DNA of 64,000 bases from an uncultured Candidatus Saccharibacteria bacterium (GCA_964447415.1 CAYUSN010000003.1:5418-69417), one strand, 5' to 3'. Counted from the stretch's first letter, positions 17,769 through 26,652 are shown. The notes: generated by a model from the letters alone, not told the origin. Made by a program: numbers and translations.

Positions 17769-18035
17769 AGGAAAGCCGGCGGAACAGCTAAAAACCTGCG
17801 CGATTCAAACCCGAAATTTTTGGGCGTGAAGATCGCAGACGGACAGACTGCAAAACCCGGCGCAATCATCGTCCGCCAGCGCGGCACCAAGGTAGAGGCG
17901 GGAAAAAACGTTCGCATGGGCAAGGACCACACCCTCTTTGCGGTTGCCGACGGCACCGTCAAGTTCCGCGTAAAGCGCACCACCAAATTCAACGGCGCAT
18001 CCGCCCGTCAAAAGATTGTAGACGTCCTCTCTTAA
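17760..18035 (+). CDS. rpmA: 50S ribosomal protein L27
   Basis: [24 protein letters not shown] matches the L27 N-terminus; upstream TTGTTT-17-TATACT promoter. Confidence 0.9.
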   Translation: MAHRKAGGTAKNLRDSNPKFLGVKIADGQTAKPGAIIVRQRGTKVEAGKNVRMGKDHTLFAVADGTVKFRVKRTTKFNGASARQKIVDVLS

Positions 18036-18044
18036 GAAAAAATA

Positions 18045-18076
18045 AAACAACCTCCCGTTCAGGAGGTTGTTTTCGT
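18045..18076. terminator. Bidirectional rho-independent terminator (rpmA / rplI)
   Basis: AAAACAACCTCC-cgttca-GGAGGTTGTTTT between convergent genes. Confidence 0.65.
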
Positions 18077-18093
18077 ATCTGTCCGTCTTTGTA

Positions 18094-18540
18094 TTACTTC
18101 TCCGCCTCAACGCGAATCGTAATCGTTCCGAGAATATCTCCAATGCCGACTTTCACCGACGTGTCCCCGACTTCTTTGATGGGTTTATCCAGATGAATGC
18201 ACTCGGGAGGAATCGCAACACCCAATTGATCGTACGCACAGCTTGAAATACGCTCAACATGCAACGCACCGAACAGGTGACCCTTGTCATTCACCTTCTC
18301 GGTGACCGTCACTGTTTTACCGCTGATTTTTTCGATACAGTGCGCAACTTCCGATTCATGCATTGTTTTCTGTTCGGAGAGTTTCGCTTTCTGCGCTGCA
18401 ACCATGGCACGCGCAGCGGGTGTCGCCGCCTGCGCAAGTCCTTTCGGAATGAGACTGTGCAACGCGTAGCCGTCGGCGACGGTGACAATGTCAAACCGCC
18501 TTCCTACCTTGGCAACGTCTTTCAATAAGATGATTTCCAT
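18094..18540 (-). CDS. rplI: 50S ribosomal protein L9
   Basis: MEIILLKDVAKVGRRFDIVTVADGYALHSLIPKGLA matches the L9 N-terminus. The 314-aa track ORF is a 5' extension. TGcTTATAT lies 6 nt before the ATG on the minus strand. Confidence 0.88.
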   Translation of the reverse strand: MEIILLKDVAKVGRRFDIVTVADGYALHSLIPKGLAQAATPAARAMVAAQKAKLSEQKTMHESEVAHCIEKISGKTVTVTEKVNDKGHLFGALHVERISSCAYDQLGVAIPPECIHLDKPIKEVGDTSVKVGIGDILGTITIRVEAEK

Positions 18541-18672
18541 AGAGGTATATAAGCATACTACACCTATTTCACGAGAAAAACATTGACAGTGTACTTCCAC
18601 AGGGGGCACAATAGCCCCAGAAGCATGGTCTGGCGCACAGACCGTACTACCCCGAAAGGAGGTGATTGGGCT

Positions 18673-18966
18673 GTGGATAAACGATTCGTGGAGGCGAAAC
18701 TCGTGGATGCGAAGGTCAAAACCCTCGTAGAGCGGCCGAACGGCGACATCAGAATCGTCGACTCCCTGCCCCTGGGCGGTGAAGTCGCGATTCATTTCGC
18801 CAGCGGCGTGCTCCGCGAAGACGGCACCGTTGAGCGCAGGGTCGACGGAGAAATTCACTCGACCATTACGCTCTCCGGCCGCACACTGTCGGAGGTCACC
18901 GAGGAACTCCTCAAACCGTTTCAGAAGCAGGAGGGATACCGTGCAAGGAGAACGCAGAGCAGCTAG
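18673..18966 (+). CDS. Hypothetical 98-aa protein in GC-rich islet B (start GTG; alternative ATG at 18583)
   Basis: SD AAAGGAGGTGA sits 7 nt before GTG 18673. Strong GC3 bias. Upstream TTGACA (18583-18588) and 5'UTR hairpin GGGGC-acaata-GCCCC. Confidence 0.45.
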   Translation: MDKRFVEAKLVDAKVKTLVERPNGDIRIVDSLPLGGEVAIHFASGVLREDGTVERRVDGEIHSTITLSGRTLSEVTEELLKPFQKQEGYRARRTQSS

Positions 18967-18992
18967 CACCGTGCGCCACACCCTGTCGTTGT

Positions 18993-19034
18993 GAGCCGAC
19001 CCCGCACCCCGCGGAACCACCGGCTCATTTTTCG
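18993..19034 (+). terminator. Putative terminator of the islet B gene (stem GAGCCG...CGGCTC plus ATTTTTCG), overlapping the ctpA stop
   Basis: 6-bp outer stem with a GC-rich interior, then a T-run. Confidence 0.35.
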
Positions 19035-20236
19035 TCAAGAAGCAGTTTCACCGCCGCATCCATCTGCGGATCAATATCATTTTCAAAATCCTCGGGCGTA
19101 CGCACCACTTCAATGTCTGGTGTAAGTCCGCCGTCTGAAATAGAAACACCTTCAGGTGTAAACCACTTTCCGATGGTGATTTTGACCGATGTGTCGGCGG
19201 TTACCGGAATCAGCTCCTGCACGGAACCTTTGCCGAACGTTGTTTCCCCCACTATTGTCGCCCGTCCGTGTTCCTGCAATGCACCCGCAAGAATCTCGGA
19301 TGCTGACGCGGAGCCGCGGTCGACAAGCACCGCCATGTCAATCCCGTCCGGAAGCAGCGGGTAACCGAAACTGCGGTACTCCTGTGTCTCTCTTCCCTGC
19401 TCAAACCGTTCCGACACGACCACCTGTCCTTCGGGTAAAAAGTAGCTGGCGATTTCAACCGCCGAACCCATGATGCCGCCCGGATTACCGCGCAAATCCA
19501 GAATCAGTTTTGTACTGCCCGACGCGAGAAATTCCTTCAGTGCGCGGTACACCTTCTGAACCGACTGCCCGTCAAAGTTGTACAGCGCAATCACATAAAC
19601 ACCGTCGTCACGGAGTTCGCCGGAAAGCGTCGGGATGGAAATCTCTTCGCGCGTAATACTCATTTCCAAAAATTCATCCTCCCCTTCACGCGAAATGGTG
19701 AGCGCTACCTGCGTTCCCACGTCTCCGCGAATGCGCGACACTGCTTCGTCAACCGAGAGATCGAGTGTCGGCTCATCATCAATTTTTACGATAATGTCGC
19801 CTGAGCGGATGCCCGCGCGCTCCGCGGGTGTTTCCTTCAGCGGTGCAATTACCACGATGCCGGCGTCTTCCTTTCCGATTTCCATGCCGACACCGCCGAA
19901 ACTGCCCGCGATGATGTCGTTGAAATATTGTGTTTCCTCAGGAGGAAGAAAAACGGAGTACGGGTCACCGAGCGAATTCATGAGACCGCTGATCGCGCCC
20001 CACACCTTTTCCTGTGATTCCACGGAGTCGGCGTCGTAGTACCGCTCATTGATGGTGTTCCAGACGCGCCAGAAATCCGAAAAGTCGGCGGGTACGGATT
20101 CCGGCGTCTCCACGTTGACCGCATCCGTCACCAACTCAACCGGCGCAACCGAGTCGCGGCCGATAAAAAAACCGGCGGCAAAAAGTACCGCTCCCAAGAC
20201 CACTACCCCGAGTTTTCTCGCACGCTCAGTATTCAT
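19025..20236 (-). CDS. C-terminal processing peptidase (S41 family, PDZ domain)
   Basis: N-terminal TM; PDZ GIRSGDIIVKIDDEP; S41 catalytic region LILDLRGNPGG...VLVDRGSASASEI. Start taken at MNTERARK. Confidence 0.85.
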   Translation of the reverse strand: MNTERARKLGVVVLGAVLFAAGFFIGRDSVAPVELVTDAVNVETPESVPADFSDFWRVWNTINERYYDADSVESQEKVWGAISGLMNSLGDPYSVFLPPEETQYFNDIIAGSFGGVGMEIGKEDAGIVVIAPLKETPAERAGIRSGDIIVKIDDEPTLDLSVDEAVSRIRGDVGTQVALTISREGEDEFLEMSITREEISIPTLSGELRDDGVYVIALYNFDGQSVQKVYRALKEFLASGSTKLILDLRGNPGGIMGSAVEIASYFLPEGQVVVSERFEQGRETQEYRSFGYPLLPDGIDMAVLVDRGSASASEILAGALQEHGRATIVGETTFGKGSVQELIPVTADTSVKITIGKWFTPEGVSISDGGLTPDIEVVRTPEDFENDIDPQMDAAVKLLLDEK

Positions 20237-20283
20237 AGCCAGACCAGTATCGCATAGAGTAGAATAGAGTATCAAGGAACAAC

Positions 20284-21657
20284 ATGCTGTCGCTGTACAA
20301 CACATTGTCAAAAACGAAGGAGCCCTTCTCCCCCGCCTCGGGCAACACGGCGCGCATGTACAACTGCGGACCGACCGTCTACGACCGCGTCCACATCGGC
20401 AACCTCCGCGCGCTCCTGTTCGCCGACACGCTCCGACGCGTGTTGCAGTACGCAGGATTTGACGTACAGCAGGTCATGAACATTACCGACGTCGGTCACC
20501 TCTCCTCCGACCAGGACGAGGGCGAAGACAAAATGATGAAGGGTTTGAAGCGCGACCACCTCCCCGTTTCCCTTGCGGGACTCAAATCACTCGCCGACCG
20601 CTACACGGAATTATTCGCGCAGGATATGGAGGCGCTCAACGTCCTGCCGCCTGCAGTCATGCCGCGCGCATCCGAACACATCAAAGACCAAATTGACCTC
20701 ATCCGTCGACTTGAAAAAAAAGGACTCACGTACACCACATCAGACGGCGTCTATTTCTCCACCGGCGACTATCCGGCATACGGAAAACTCGGCGGATTAT
20801 CGGAGAGTTCGGATGAGCACACACGCGTGGAAGAAAACGCGGAGAAAAAAAATCCGCGCGACTTCGCGCTGTGGAAATTCAATGCGGAGCTCGGTTGGGA
20901 GTCGCCGTGGGGCAAAGGATTCCCCGGCTGGCACATTGAGTGCTCCGCGATGTCCATGAAGTACCTCGGCGAGACGCTTGATATTCATACCGGCGGCATC
21001 GAACACATTTCCGTACACCACAACAACGAAATCGCACAGGCGGAAGGCGCGACCGGAAAAACGTTCTCGCGCTTCTGGCTTCACAACGATCACGTTCGCG
21101 TGAACGGCCGCAAGATGGCAAAGTCAGAGGGCACCGGACTCACGCTTTCTGATATTGAAAAAGAAGGTATCACACCGCTCGCCTACCGCTACTGGGTGCT
21201 CACCGCGCACTACCGCTCCGCGGTGAACTTCACGCTAGACGCCGCGCGCGGTGCGCAAACCGCGTATGAAAAACTGAAAGCGCGTCTCGCCGACTTCCCT
21301 GACGCCGGCTCCGTTGACGCGGCATACGACGCGAAGTTTCGCGAGGCCGTTGAAGACGACCTCAATACTCCGCAGGCGGTGTCACTCGTCTGGGATTTGC
21401 TGCGCGATGAGGATGTAAAAGACGAGGATAAAAAAATGACTATTCTCGCGTGGGATGCGGTGCTCGGATTGAAGTTAAACGAAACGGAAGAACTGGTCGT
21501 TCCCGAAGACGTGAAAGAACTCTTGCACCGCCGTGAACTCGCCCGCGAAGCAAAGCACTGGGATATGGCCGACACGCTCCGAAAAGAAATCGAGGAAAAA
21601 GGATTCGTGGTGAAAGACACACCGGAAGGACAAAAGATTTCGAAGTCAAACTCCTAA
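20284..21657 (+). CDS. cysS: Cysteinyl-tRNA synthetase
   Basis: MYNCGPTVYDRVHIGN (HIGH) and KMAKSEG (KMSKS). Confidence 0.9.
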   Translation: MLSLYNTLSKTKEPFSPASGNTARMYNCGPTVYDRVHIGNLRALLFADTLRRVLQYAGFDVQQVMNITDVGHLSSDQDEGEDKMMKGLKRDHLPVSLAGLKSLADRYTELFAQDMEALNVLPPAVMPRASEHIKDQIDLIRRLEKKGLTYTTSDGVYFSTGDYPAYGKLGGLSESSDEHTRVEENAEKKNPRDFALWKFNAELGWESPWGKGFPGWHIECSAMSMKYLGETLDIHTGGIEHISVHHNNEIAQAEGATGKTFSRFWLHNDHVRVNGRKMAKSEGTGLTLSDIEKEGITPLAYRYWVLTAHYRSAVNFTLDAARGAQTAYEKLKARLADFPDAGSVDAAYDAKFREAVEDDLNTPQAVSLVWDLLRDEDVKDEDKKMTILAWDAVLGLKLNETEELVVPEDVKELLHRRELAREAKHWDMADTLRKEIEEKGFVVKDTPEGQKISKSNS

Positions 21658-21663
21658 TACACT

Positions 21664-21691
21664 AAAAAACGGCTCAACAGAGCCGTTTTTT
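21664..21691. terminator. Rho-independent terminator after cysS
   Basis: AAAAAACGGCTC-aacag-AGCCGTTTTTT. Confidence 0.75.
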
Positions 21692-21779
21692 AGTGTGTTG
21701 CTATCCCCAAATAGCGCACAGGTACTCCCCCATTCTCTCTTTCTTGCGCACACACCCTCTGTGGTACTATGCGGATGCA

Positions 21780-23186
21780 ATGACACCGTCACACCAGACA
21801 AAACCGGTCCGCACACCTCCGCAGGACGTTGAGGCGGAAAAGGCGCTCCTCGGTTCCATTCTCCTTCGCCCTGAAGCAATCCACGAAGTCGTCGATATTC
21901 TCACACCCGACTCGTTTTACCTCGGCAAGCACCGCACCATCTTCGGCGCGATGTTTGATATTTTCAAACACGGCGAATCCGTTGACCTCGTGTCGCTCTC
22001 CTCGCGCCTCAAAGAACTCAAAGAGCTCGACAATGTCGGCGGCATGGCGTATCTCACCTCGCTCGTGGACACGGTGCCGTCGTCAATGAACGCAAAGCAC
22101 TACGCGGAGATTGTGCAGAAAAAGTACACGATGCGTCAACTCATTGAATCCGCGCACTACATCTCAGAACTCGGTTTTGCGGAAGAACAAGAGATTGAAG
22201 AAATTTTGGACAAAGCGGAAAAGAAAATCTACGAAATCACGTCGGCGCCGTCAAACCAAAAATTTGTTCTGCTCGGTGACGTCATCGGTGAAACATTTGA
22301 GCGTCTCGACCGTTTGCACAAAAGCGCAGGGGCGCTTCGCGGTGTGCCGACCGGCTTCCCTGAACTTGACCATAAAATCGCCGGCTTCCAGCCCTCTGAC
22401 CTCGTCATCCTCGCCGCGCGTCCTTCCATGGGAAAGACCTCGCTTGCACTGGATATCGCACGGCATACGTCCATCCGTCACAACACATCCGTCGGCGTCT
22501 TTTCTCTTGAAATGAGCGCACAACAGCTTGTTGACCGCATGTTGGCAGCTGAGGCACAGGTGGACGCGTGGAAACTGCGCACCGGCAAACTCTCCACCGA
22601 CGAAGAGTTTGAGCGTCTCAACGAGGCGATGTCAAAACTCTCGCAGGCAAAAATCTATATTGACGACCAGCCGGGCAACAATATTCTCAAGATGCGCTCG
22701 GTGGCACGACGCCTCAAGAGCGAAAAAGGGCTGGATATGATTATTGTGGACTACCTCCAACTCATGGTGCCCGCAGGCAAAAACCGCTCCGACAACTTAG
22801 TCCAGCAGGTCACTGAAATCTCGCGTTCACTCAAACAGCTTGCCCGCGAACTGGATGTGCCGGTCATCGCGCTCTCTCAGCTCTCGCGTGCCATCGAACA
22901 GCGCCGCGGACGCCCGCAACTCTCCGACTTGCGTGATTCAGGCTCCATTGAACAAGACGCCGACTTGGTGATGTTTATTCACAACGAAGACCGCTACAAA
23001 GAGGGTGCGGAGCGCTCAAATGTGGTGGAGCTTATCATCGCCAAGCACCGCAACGGTCCGACAGGCACACTCGAGCTCTACTTCGACGACAAGAAAGCCA
23101 CCTTCCGCTCCATTGAACGGCACGGACTGGACCAATTTGAAAAAATGCCCGCCGACAGCGGCGCGCCCGCTCCGGATATTTTTTAA
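21780..23186 (+). CDS. dnaB: Replicative DNA helicase
   Basis: N-terminal DnaB domain PPQDVEAEKALLGSIL; Walker A ARPSMGKTS; DYLQLM motif. Confidence 0.9.
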   Translation: MTPSHQTKPVRTPPQDVEAEKALLGSILLRPEAIHEVVDILTPDSFYLGKHRTIFGAMFDIFKHGESVDLVSLSSRLKELKELDNVGGMAYLTSLVDTVPSSMNAKHYAEIVQKKYTMRQLIESAHYISELGFAEEQEIEEILDKAEKKIYEITSAPSNQKFVLLGDVIGETFERLDRLHKSAGALRGVPTGFPELDHKIAGFQPSDLVILAARPSMGKTSLALDIARHTSIRHNTSVGVFSLEMSAQQLVDRMLAAEAQVDAWKLRTGKLSTDEEFERLNEAMSKLSQAKIYIDDQPGNNILKMRSVARRLKSEKGLDMIIVDYLQLMVPAGKNRSDNLVQQVTEISRSLKQLARELDVPVIALSQLSRAIEQRRGRPQLSDLRDSGSIEQDADLVMFIHNEDRYKEGAERSNVVELIIAKHRNGPTGTLELYFDDKKATFRSIERHGLDQFEKMPADSGAPAPDIF

Positions 23187-23196
23187 TGTCTACTAT

Positions 23197-23502
23197 ATGG
23201 AAAAAAACCAAAAAGAACTTGATGTGTGGTTTAAGGAAAAGGGTTGGGACTACTGGGAACCGCTCGCCATTACCGCCCGTCTCTTTGAAGAGTGCGGTGA
23301 ATTCGCCCGGCTCGTCAATCACGTGTACGGTCCGAAGAAAAAGAAGTTGGATGAGCACCAACAGGACATGGAGGAAGAAATCGGCGACATCATCTACACC
23401 CTCATGTGCTTCGCCAATTCGCACAATCTTTCACTGGACAACGCCATCCGCAAAAGCATGGATAAGGTCATGGAGCGCGATAAAGACCGATATAAAAAGT
23501 AG
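23197..23502 (+). CDS. MazG-like nucleotide pyrophosphohydrolase (small, 101 aa)
   Basis: EECGEFARLV...EEIGDIIYTLMCFAN resembles the EExxE/...D MazG/NTP-PPase helical motifs. Confidence 0.6.
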   Translation: MEKNQKELDVWFKEKGWDYWEPLAITARLFEECGEFARLVNHVYGPKKKKLDEHQQDMEEEIGDIIYTLMCFANSHNLSLDNAIRKSMDKVMERDKDRYKK

Positions 23503-23513
23503 CTAGTATAAAG

Positions 23514-23540
23514 GGCCCAGTGGACGAATCCACCGGGCCC
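23514..23540. terminator. Bidirectional hairpin terminator at the left edge of islet C
   Basis: GGGCCCAGTGGA-cgaa-TCCACCGGGCCC followed by CCTCTTTCCTTTCGG, between convergent mazG-like and islet gene C2. Confidence 0.5.
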
Positions 23541-23568
23541 CCTCTTTCCTTTCGGAAGAGCGTTCGTG

Positions 23569-23961
23569 TCAGGTGAGGAGCTCGACGGTGTTGGGCGACA
23601 TGGTCGCCTTCCCACCGCCATCGAGCATGACCTTGAGGATGAAGTCGCCCCGGATCTCGGCGACGACGCCCTTGGGCCTGCTCGCCATCGCCGCGTCGAG
23701 CACCTTCGTGCCGACGTCGATGCCGAGCCGCTGGATCACCAGCTTCCGGCGCGAGAGCGCCCTCCAGAGCGTGATGGCCTTGATGGTCTGGTGGAAGCCG
23801 ACGAAATCCGTGTATTGCATGATGCCACGGATCTCCGCCAGCATCTCGCTCTTGGCCTTCTTGTCCCTGGTCCTGTACGACCTCTCGGAGAGCTGGTCGA
23901 CCCGATCGAGTTGCTCCTGTGATTCGGCGAGGATGAACCTGTCCCGCAACTTCTCCTTCAT
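23569..23961 (-). CDS. Hypothetical 130-aa protein, GC-rich islet C (gene C2)
   Basis: About 62% GC with GC3 bias; SD GAGGGAGG 7 nt before the ATG; no recognisable family. Confidence 0.5.
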   Translation of the reverse strand: MKEKLRDRFILAESQEQLDRVDQLSERSYRTRDKKAKSEMLAEIRGIMQYTDFVGFHQTIKAITLWRALSRRKLVIQRLGIDVGTKVLDAAMASRPKGVVAEIRGDFILKVMLDGGGKATMSPNTVELLT

Positions 23962-23994
23962 GTGGTACCTCCCTCTCGTTGCTGGTTGGGTTGG

Positions 23995-24468
23995 TTAGGT
24001 GGACGGGTCGAGGATCTTGGCGACCGCCTCGGGCTTGACGATGAACCGACTCATGTCCGAGCCAGCGTAGAACGGCCGACGTTGATTCGTGCGCATCCAC
24101 GTGGCCAGCTCGCGACACTGGTTCGCCATCTCCTTCTCGATCTGTTCGACCGAAGCGATCTTCGGCGCGTGCCAGCCGCGGCGCTCCCTCCACCAGCGGA
24201 TGATGGGGTTGCGCTTGGTGTGCTCGCTGACGACCTCTTCGTGGCGCCGAACGGAGCGGTTGTGGAACTCCGTGGCGGCTTCCTTGAAGACCTCGACGAT
24301 CTGCTCGGGGGTGAGCGTCTCCCACTCCTTGCCGCCGAAGATCGGGACGTCGTCGAAGAAGGTGTGGAACCTATCGATTGGGTCCGTCGGCTTCTTGTTC
24401 AGATCGATCTCTTCGACCGAGACGACCCGCATTCCCTGCGCCGTCTTCTTGTAGCCGATTGTCAACAT
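23995..24468 (-). CDS. Hypothetical 157-aa protein, GC-rich islet C (gene C1)
   Basis: SD AAAGGAGGAG 8 nt before ATG (MLTIGYKK); basic W/R-rich centre IRWWRERRGWHAP; no recognisable family. Confidence 0.5.
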   Translation of the reverse strand: MLTIGYKKTAQGMRVVSVEEIDLNKKPTDPIDRFHTFFDDVPIFGGKEWETLTPEQIVEVFKEAATEFHNRSVRRHEEVVSEHTKRNPIIRWWRERRGWHAPKIASVEQIEKEMANQCRELATWMRTNQRRPFYAGSDMSRFIVKPEAVAKILDPST

Positions 24469-24555
24469 CTTTTTTACTCCTCCTTTACGAGGCAGTGGTT
24501 GATCAGAAAACCGAGATGGCATCCTGGTTCACCGCACCACTTACATCTGTAGAGT

Positions 24556-24583
24556 ATTATACACATTTTTGTCATAATGTCAA
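24556..24583 (-). promoter_or_regulatory. Near-consensus sigma70 promoter (TTGACA, 16-nt spacer, TATAAT) driving islet C
   Basis: On the minus strand, TTGACA (+24578-24583) and TATAAT (+24556-24561). It abuts the divergent recR -35 candidate TTGCAA at 24584-24589. Confidence 0.6.
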
Positions 24584-24629
24584 TTGCAAAAAGAAAAAGG
24601 TAAAAATAAATTTCTGTTAAAATACCCGT

Positions 24630-25235
24630 ATGCACAGCATTCAGAAACTTGCTGAATACTTCCAGAAATTCCCCGGTATCGGACCGAGGCAGGCGAAGCG
24701 TTTCGTCCATTTTTTGCTCACACAGGAAAAAAGCGTGCTGGAAGACCTCTCCAAACGCATAAGCGAGCTTCGCGGTTCAGTGACGCAATGCAAGCAATGC
24801 TTCCGCTTCTATGATGCCGACGGATACGCCGAAGTGTGCGATATCTGCTCCTCACCCAACCGCGACACGCATCAGCTTATGGTGTTGGAGAAAGACGCGG
24901 ACTTAGACGCCATTGAGAAAAGTGGTGCGTACACAGGACGCTACTTCGTGCTCGGCGGCACCGTTCCCCTTCTTCAGACACAGGCAAGTCCGTTGCGCAC
25001 AAAAGAGCTGAAAAAACTGCTTGATACAAATGCAGAAATAACAGAAATCATTATTGCCACCGGCGCACACCCCGAAGGTGAAATGACCGCACAGCACGTG
25101 CGCCTCTTCCTCCAGCCGTTTGCGGCGCATAAAAAACTGCGCGTCTCGGAACTCGGCCGCGGACTCTCCACGGGCACCGAATTGGAATATTCCGATGCCG
25201 ACACCATTAAGAGTGCACTGGAGAACAGAAAATAA
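24630..25235 (+). CDS. recR: Recombination protein RecR
   Basis: Helix-hairpin-helix LAEYFQKFPGIGPRQAKRF, C4 zinc finger CKQC...CDIC and Toprim domain. TAAAAT lies 6 nt before the ATG. Confidence 0.9.
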   Translation: MHSIQKLAEYFQKFPGIGPRQAKRFVHFLLTQEKSVLEDLSKRISELRGSVTQCKQCFRFYDADGYAEVCDICSSPNRDTHQLMVLEKDADLDAIEKSGAYTGRYFVLGGTVPLLQTQASPLRTKELKKLLDTNAEITEIIIATGAHPEGEMTAQHVRLFLQPFAAHKKLRVSELGRGLSTGTELEYSDADTIKSALENRK

Positions 25236-25262
25236 AAACACCCCGCGCGGGGTGTTTTTTAG
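25234..25262. terminator. Rho-independent terminator after recR
   Basis: AAAAACACCCCGCGCGGGGTGTTTTTT. Confidence 0.75.
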
Positions 25263-25263
25263 T

Positions 25264-26652
25264 TTAGATTTCCGAGAAACCGAGAAGATTAATCGGCGAT
25301 TCCTCGATAAGAACATCGTTTATATAGGAACGGGAAGAGATAATCTCTTGAAGATATTTGGTTTGCCCGGCTTGATATATATTCGGTTCGTTGGGAATGA
25401 TGTATGTTTTGATTCTCCCCACGTGCACAATCTCAAGTCGCGGCTCTTGCGGGTAGTGCTCCGCAATCCATTCATTCATTTCTCGCCGTGTCATAAACTC
25501 ATATTTTTGCCCCGTATCAACTTCAAACACGCCGTAACGCTTCATATTCACGACCACCTCATCCGCAGTATCATAGCCATGAAATGTCGGGGTAAAATCT
25601 CCCTGTATATCTCCACCTTTTTCCGGTTCTTCCCAGTAGTACGTGTACGCACGTGTATCTTTAATCCACCTCTCAAAATAAATAAATTTATATGCCCCCG
25701 AGAGATTCGTAGAGACAACAGTGCCGTCTTTCGTCGAACGCACAACTAATTTAGTGGGATACACATAATGGTTGCCGCGGTCCTCCGGTTCTCTGTCTTT
25801 ATCATCTTCGTGCACAACAACCAGCTCACCGTCGGTTGACACTACATCACCTCCAAACAGGTATTGATACGGACGCGGCGGTTCGACGAACTGTGAGATA
25901 ACTTTAGACCCCTCCACGGTGAAGACGCCCCATATATAATTGGGATAATTCTCACCGTAGTTCGTAATCAAAACCTTTGTCCCATCGTAAAACCCTATAT
26001 CGTGCCCCGTATAGAAGGTATCCGGAAGCGGCGCGGTTGTTGTGTCTTCGGGATTCTCCAAAGACAAGGTCAGCAAAACCTCCTCCATATCTCCGTATTG
26101 AATATCGGAGTCTTCTGCACACCAGCGGGGAGTCGTTTGAACAACAGCCATTCGTTCCTCATCCGTAGAGAGACGCAGGGTAAAAACAAAACCGGGGCCC
26201 TGCGCGAGCACGCGCTCTTTGGAATCACGGAGAGACCGCGCGACTATTTTGTAATTTTTGAAACTGCAATAATACCCAAAAGGGCTTTCAACAGAATCTC
26301 TTTCATTTATTACATACACATATTCTCCCGTTTTCGGAGAAACAAAACCGGCAAACCCCTCGCCCGTAGAAAAGAGCTGGCGTTTCTCTGAACCATCCAT
26401 ATTCGCAACAAGTATTTGGGTGCTCGTCGCTGTGGCGTTTGCAGGTGGTAATTTTGTATACACCACAACGGTTTTGCCTGCTTTCGCCTGCTGTTCTTCC
26501 CCGCTGGTGTTCTCGTTATTTTGTGCAGGTGTCAGATATGCGTACAAAAAGGCTCCCGCCACCACCGCGGCAGCAAGGGATACGGGGATAAGCCACTTCT
26601 TTGATGATTTTTGCGCCTCAGGAACTTGCTGCACGGGAGCTTGTAGTTCCAT
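25264..26652 (-). CDS. Hypothetical membrane-anchored protein (462 aa), AT-rich relative to its surroundings
   Basis: N-terminal TM WLIPVSLAAAVVAGAFLYAYL, then a long extracytoplasmic region with no recognisable domain; about 42% GC. Confidence 0.55.
   Translation of the reverse strand: MELQAPVQQVPEAQKSSKKWLIPVSLAAAVVAGAFLYAYLTPAQNNENTSGEEQQAKAGKTVVVYTKLPPANATATSTQILVANMDGSEKRQLFSTGEGFAGFVSPKTGEYVYVINERDSVESPFGYYCSFKNYKIVARSLRDSKERVLAQGPGFVFTLRLSTDEERMAVVQTTPRWCAEDSDIQYGDMEEVLLTLSLENPEDTTTAPLPDTFYTGHDIGFYDGTKVLITNYGENYPNYIWGVFTVEGSKVISQFVEPPRPYQYLFGGDVVSTDGELVVVHEDDKDREPEDRGNHYVYPTKLVVRSTKDGTVVSTNLSGAYKFIYFERWIKDTRAYTYYWEEPEKGGDIQGDFTPTFHGYDTADEVVVNMKRYGVFEVDTGQKYEFMTRREMNEWIAEHYPQEPRLEIVHVGRIKTYIIPNEPNIYQAGQTKYLQEIISSRSYINDVLIEESPINLLGFSEI

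Noticed and set aside
18541-19038. N-terminal 166-aa extension of the rplI ORF (314-aa track ORF).
   Set aside because: L9 homology starts at MEIILLKDV. The extension is the reverse strand of GC-rich islet B, where high GC keeps many frames open.
23468-24552. Long alternative ORFs in islet C (285 aa on the minus strand, 196 aa and 141 aa on the plus strand) rich in R/G/D/P.
   Set aside because: They are low-complexity translations typical of wrong frames in GC-rich DNA. They lack an SD and start context, whereas the two chosen frames have strong SDs and plausible composition.
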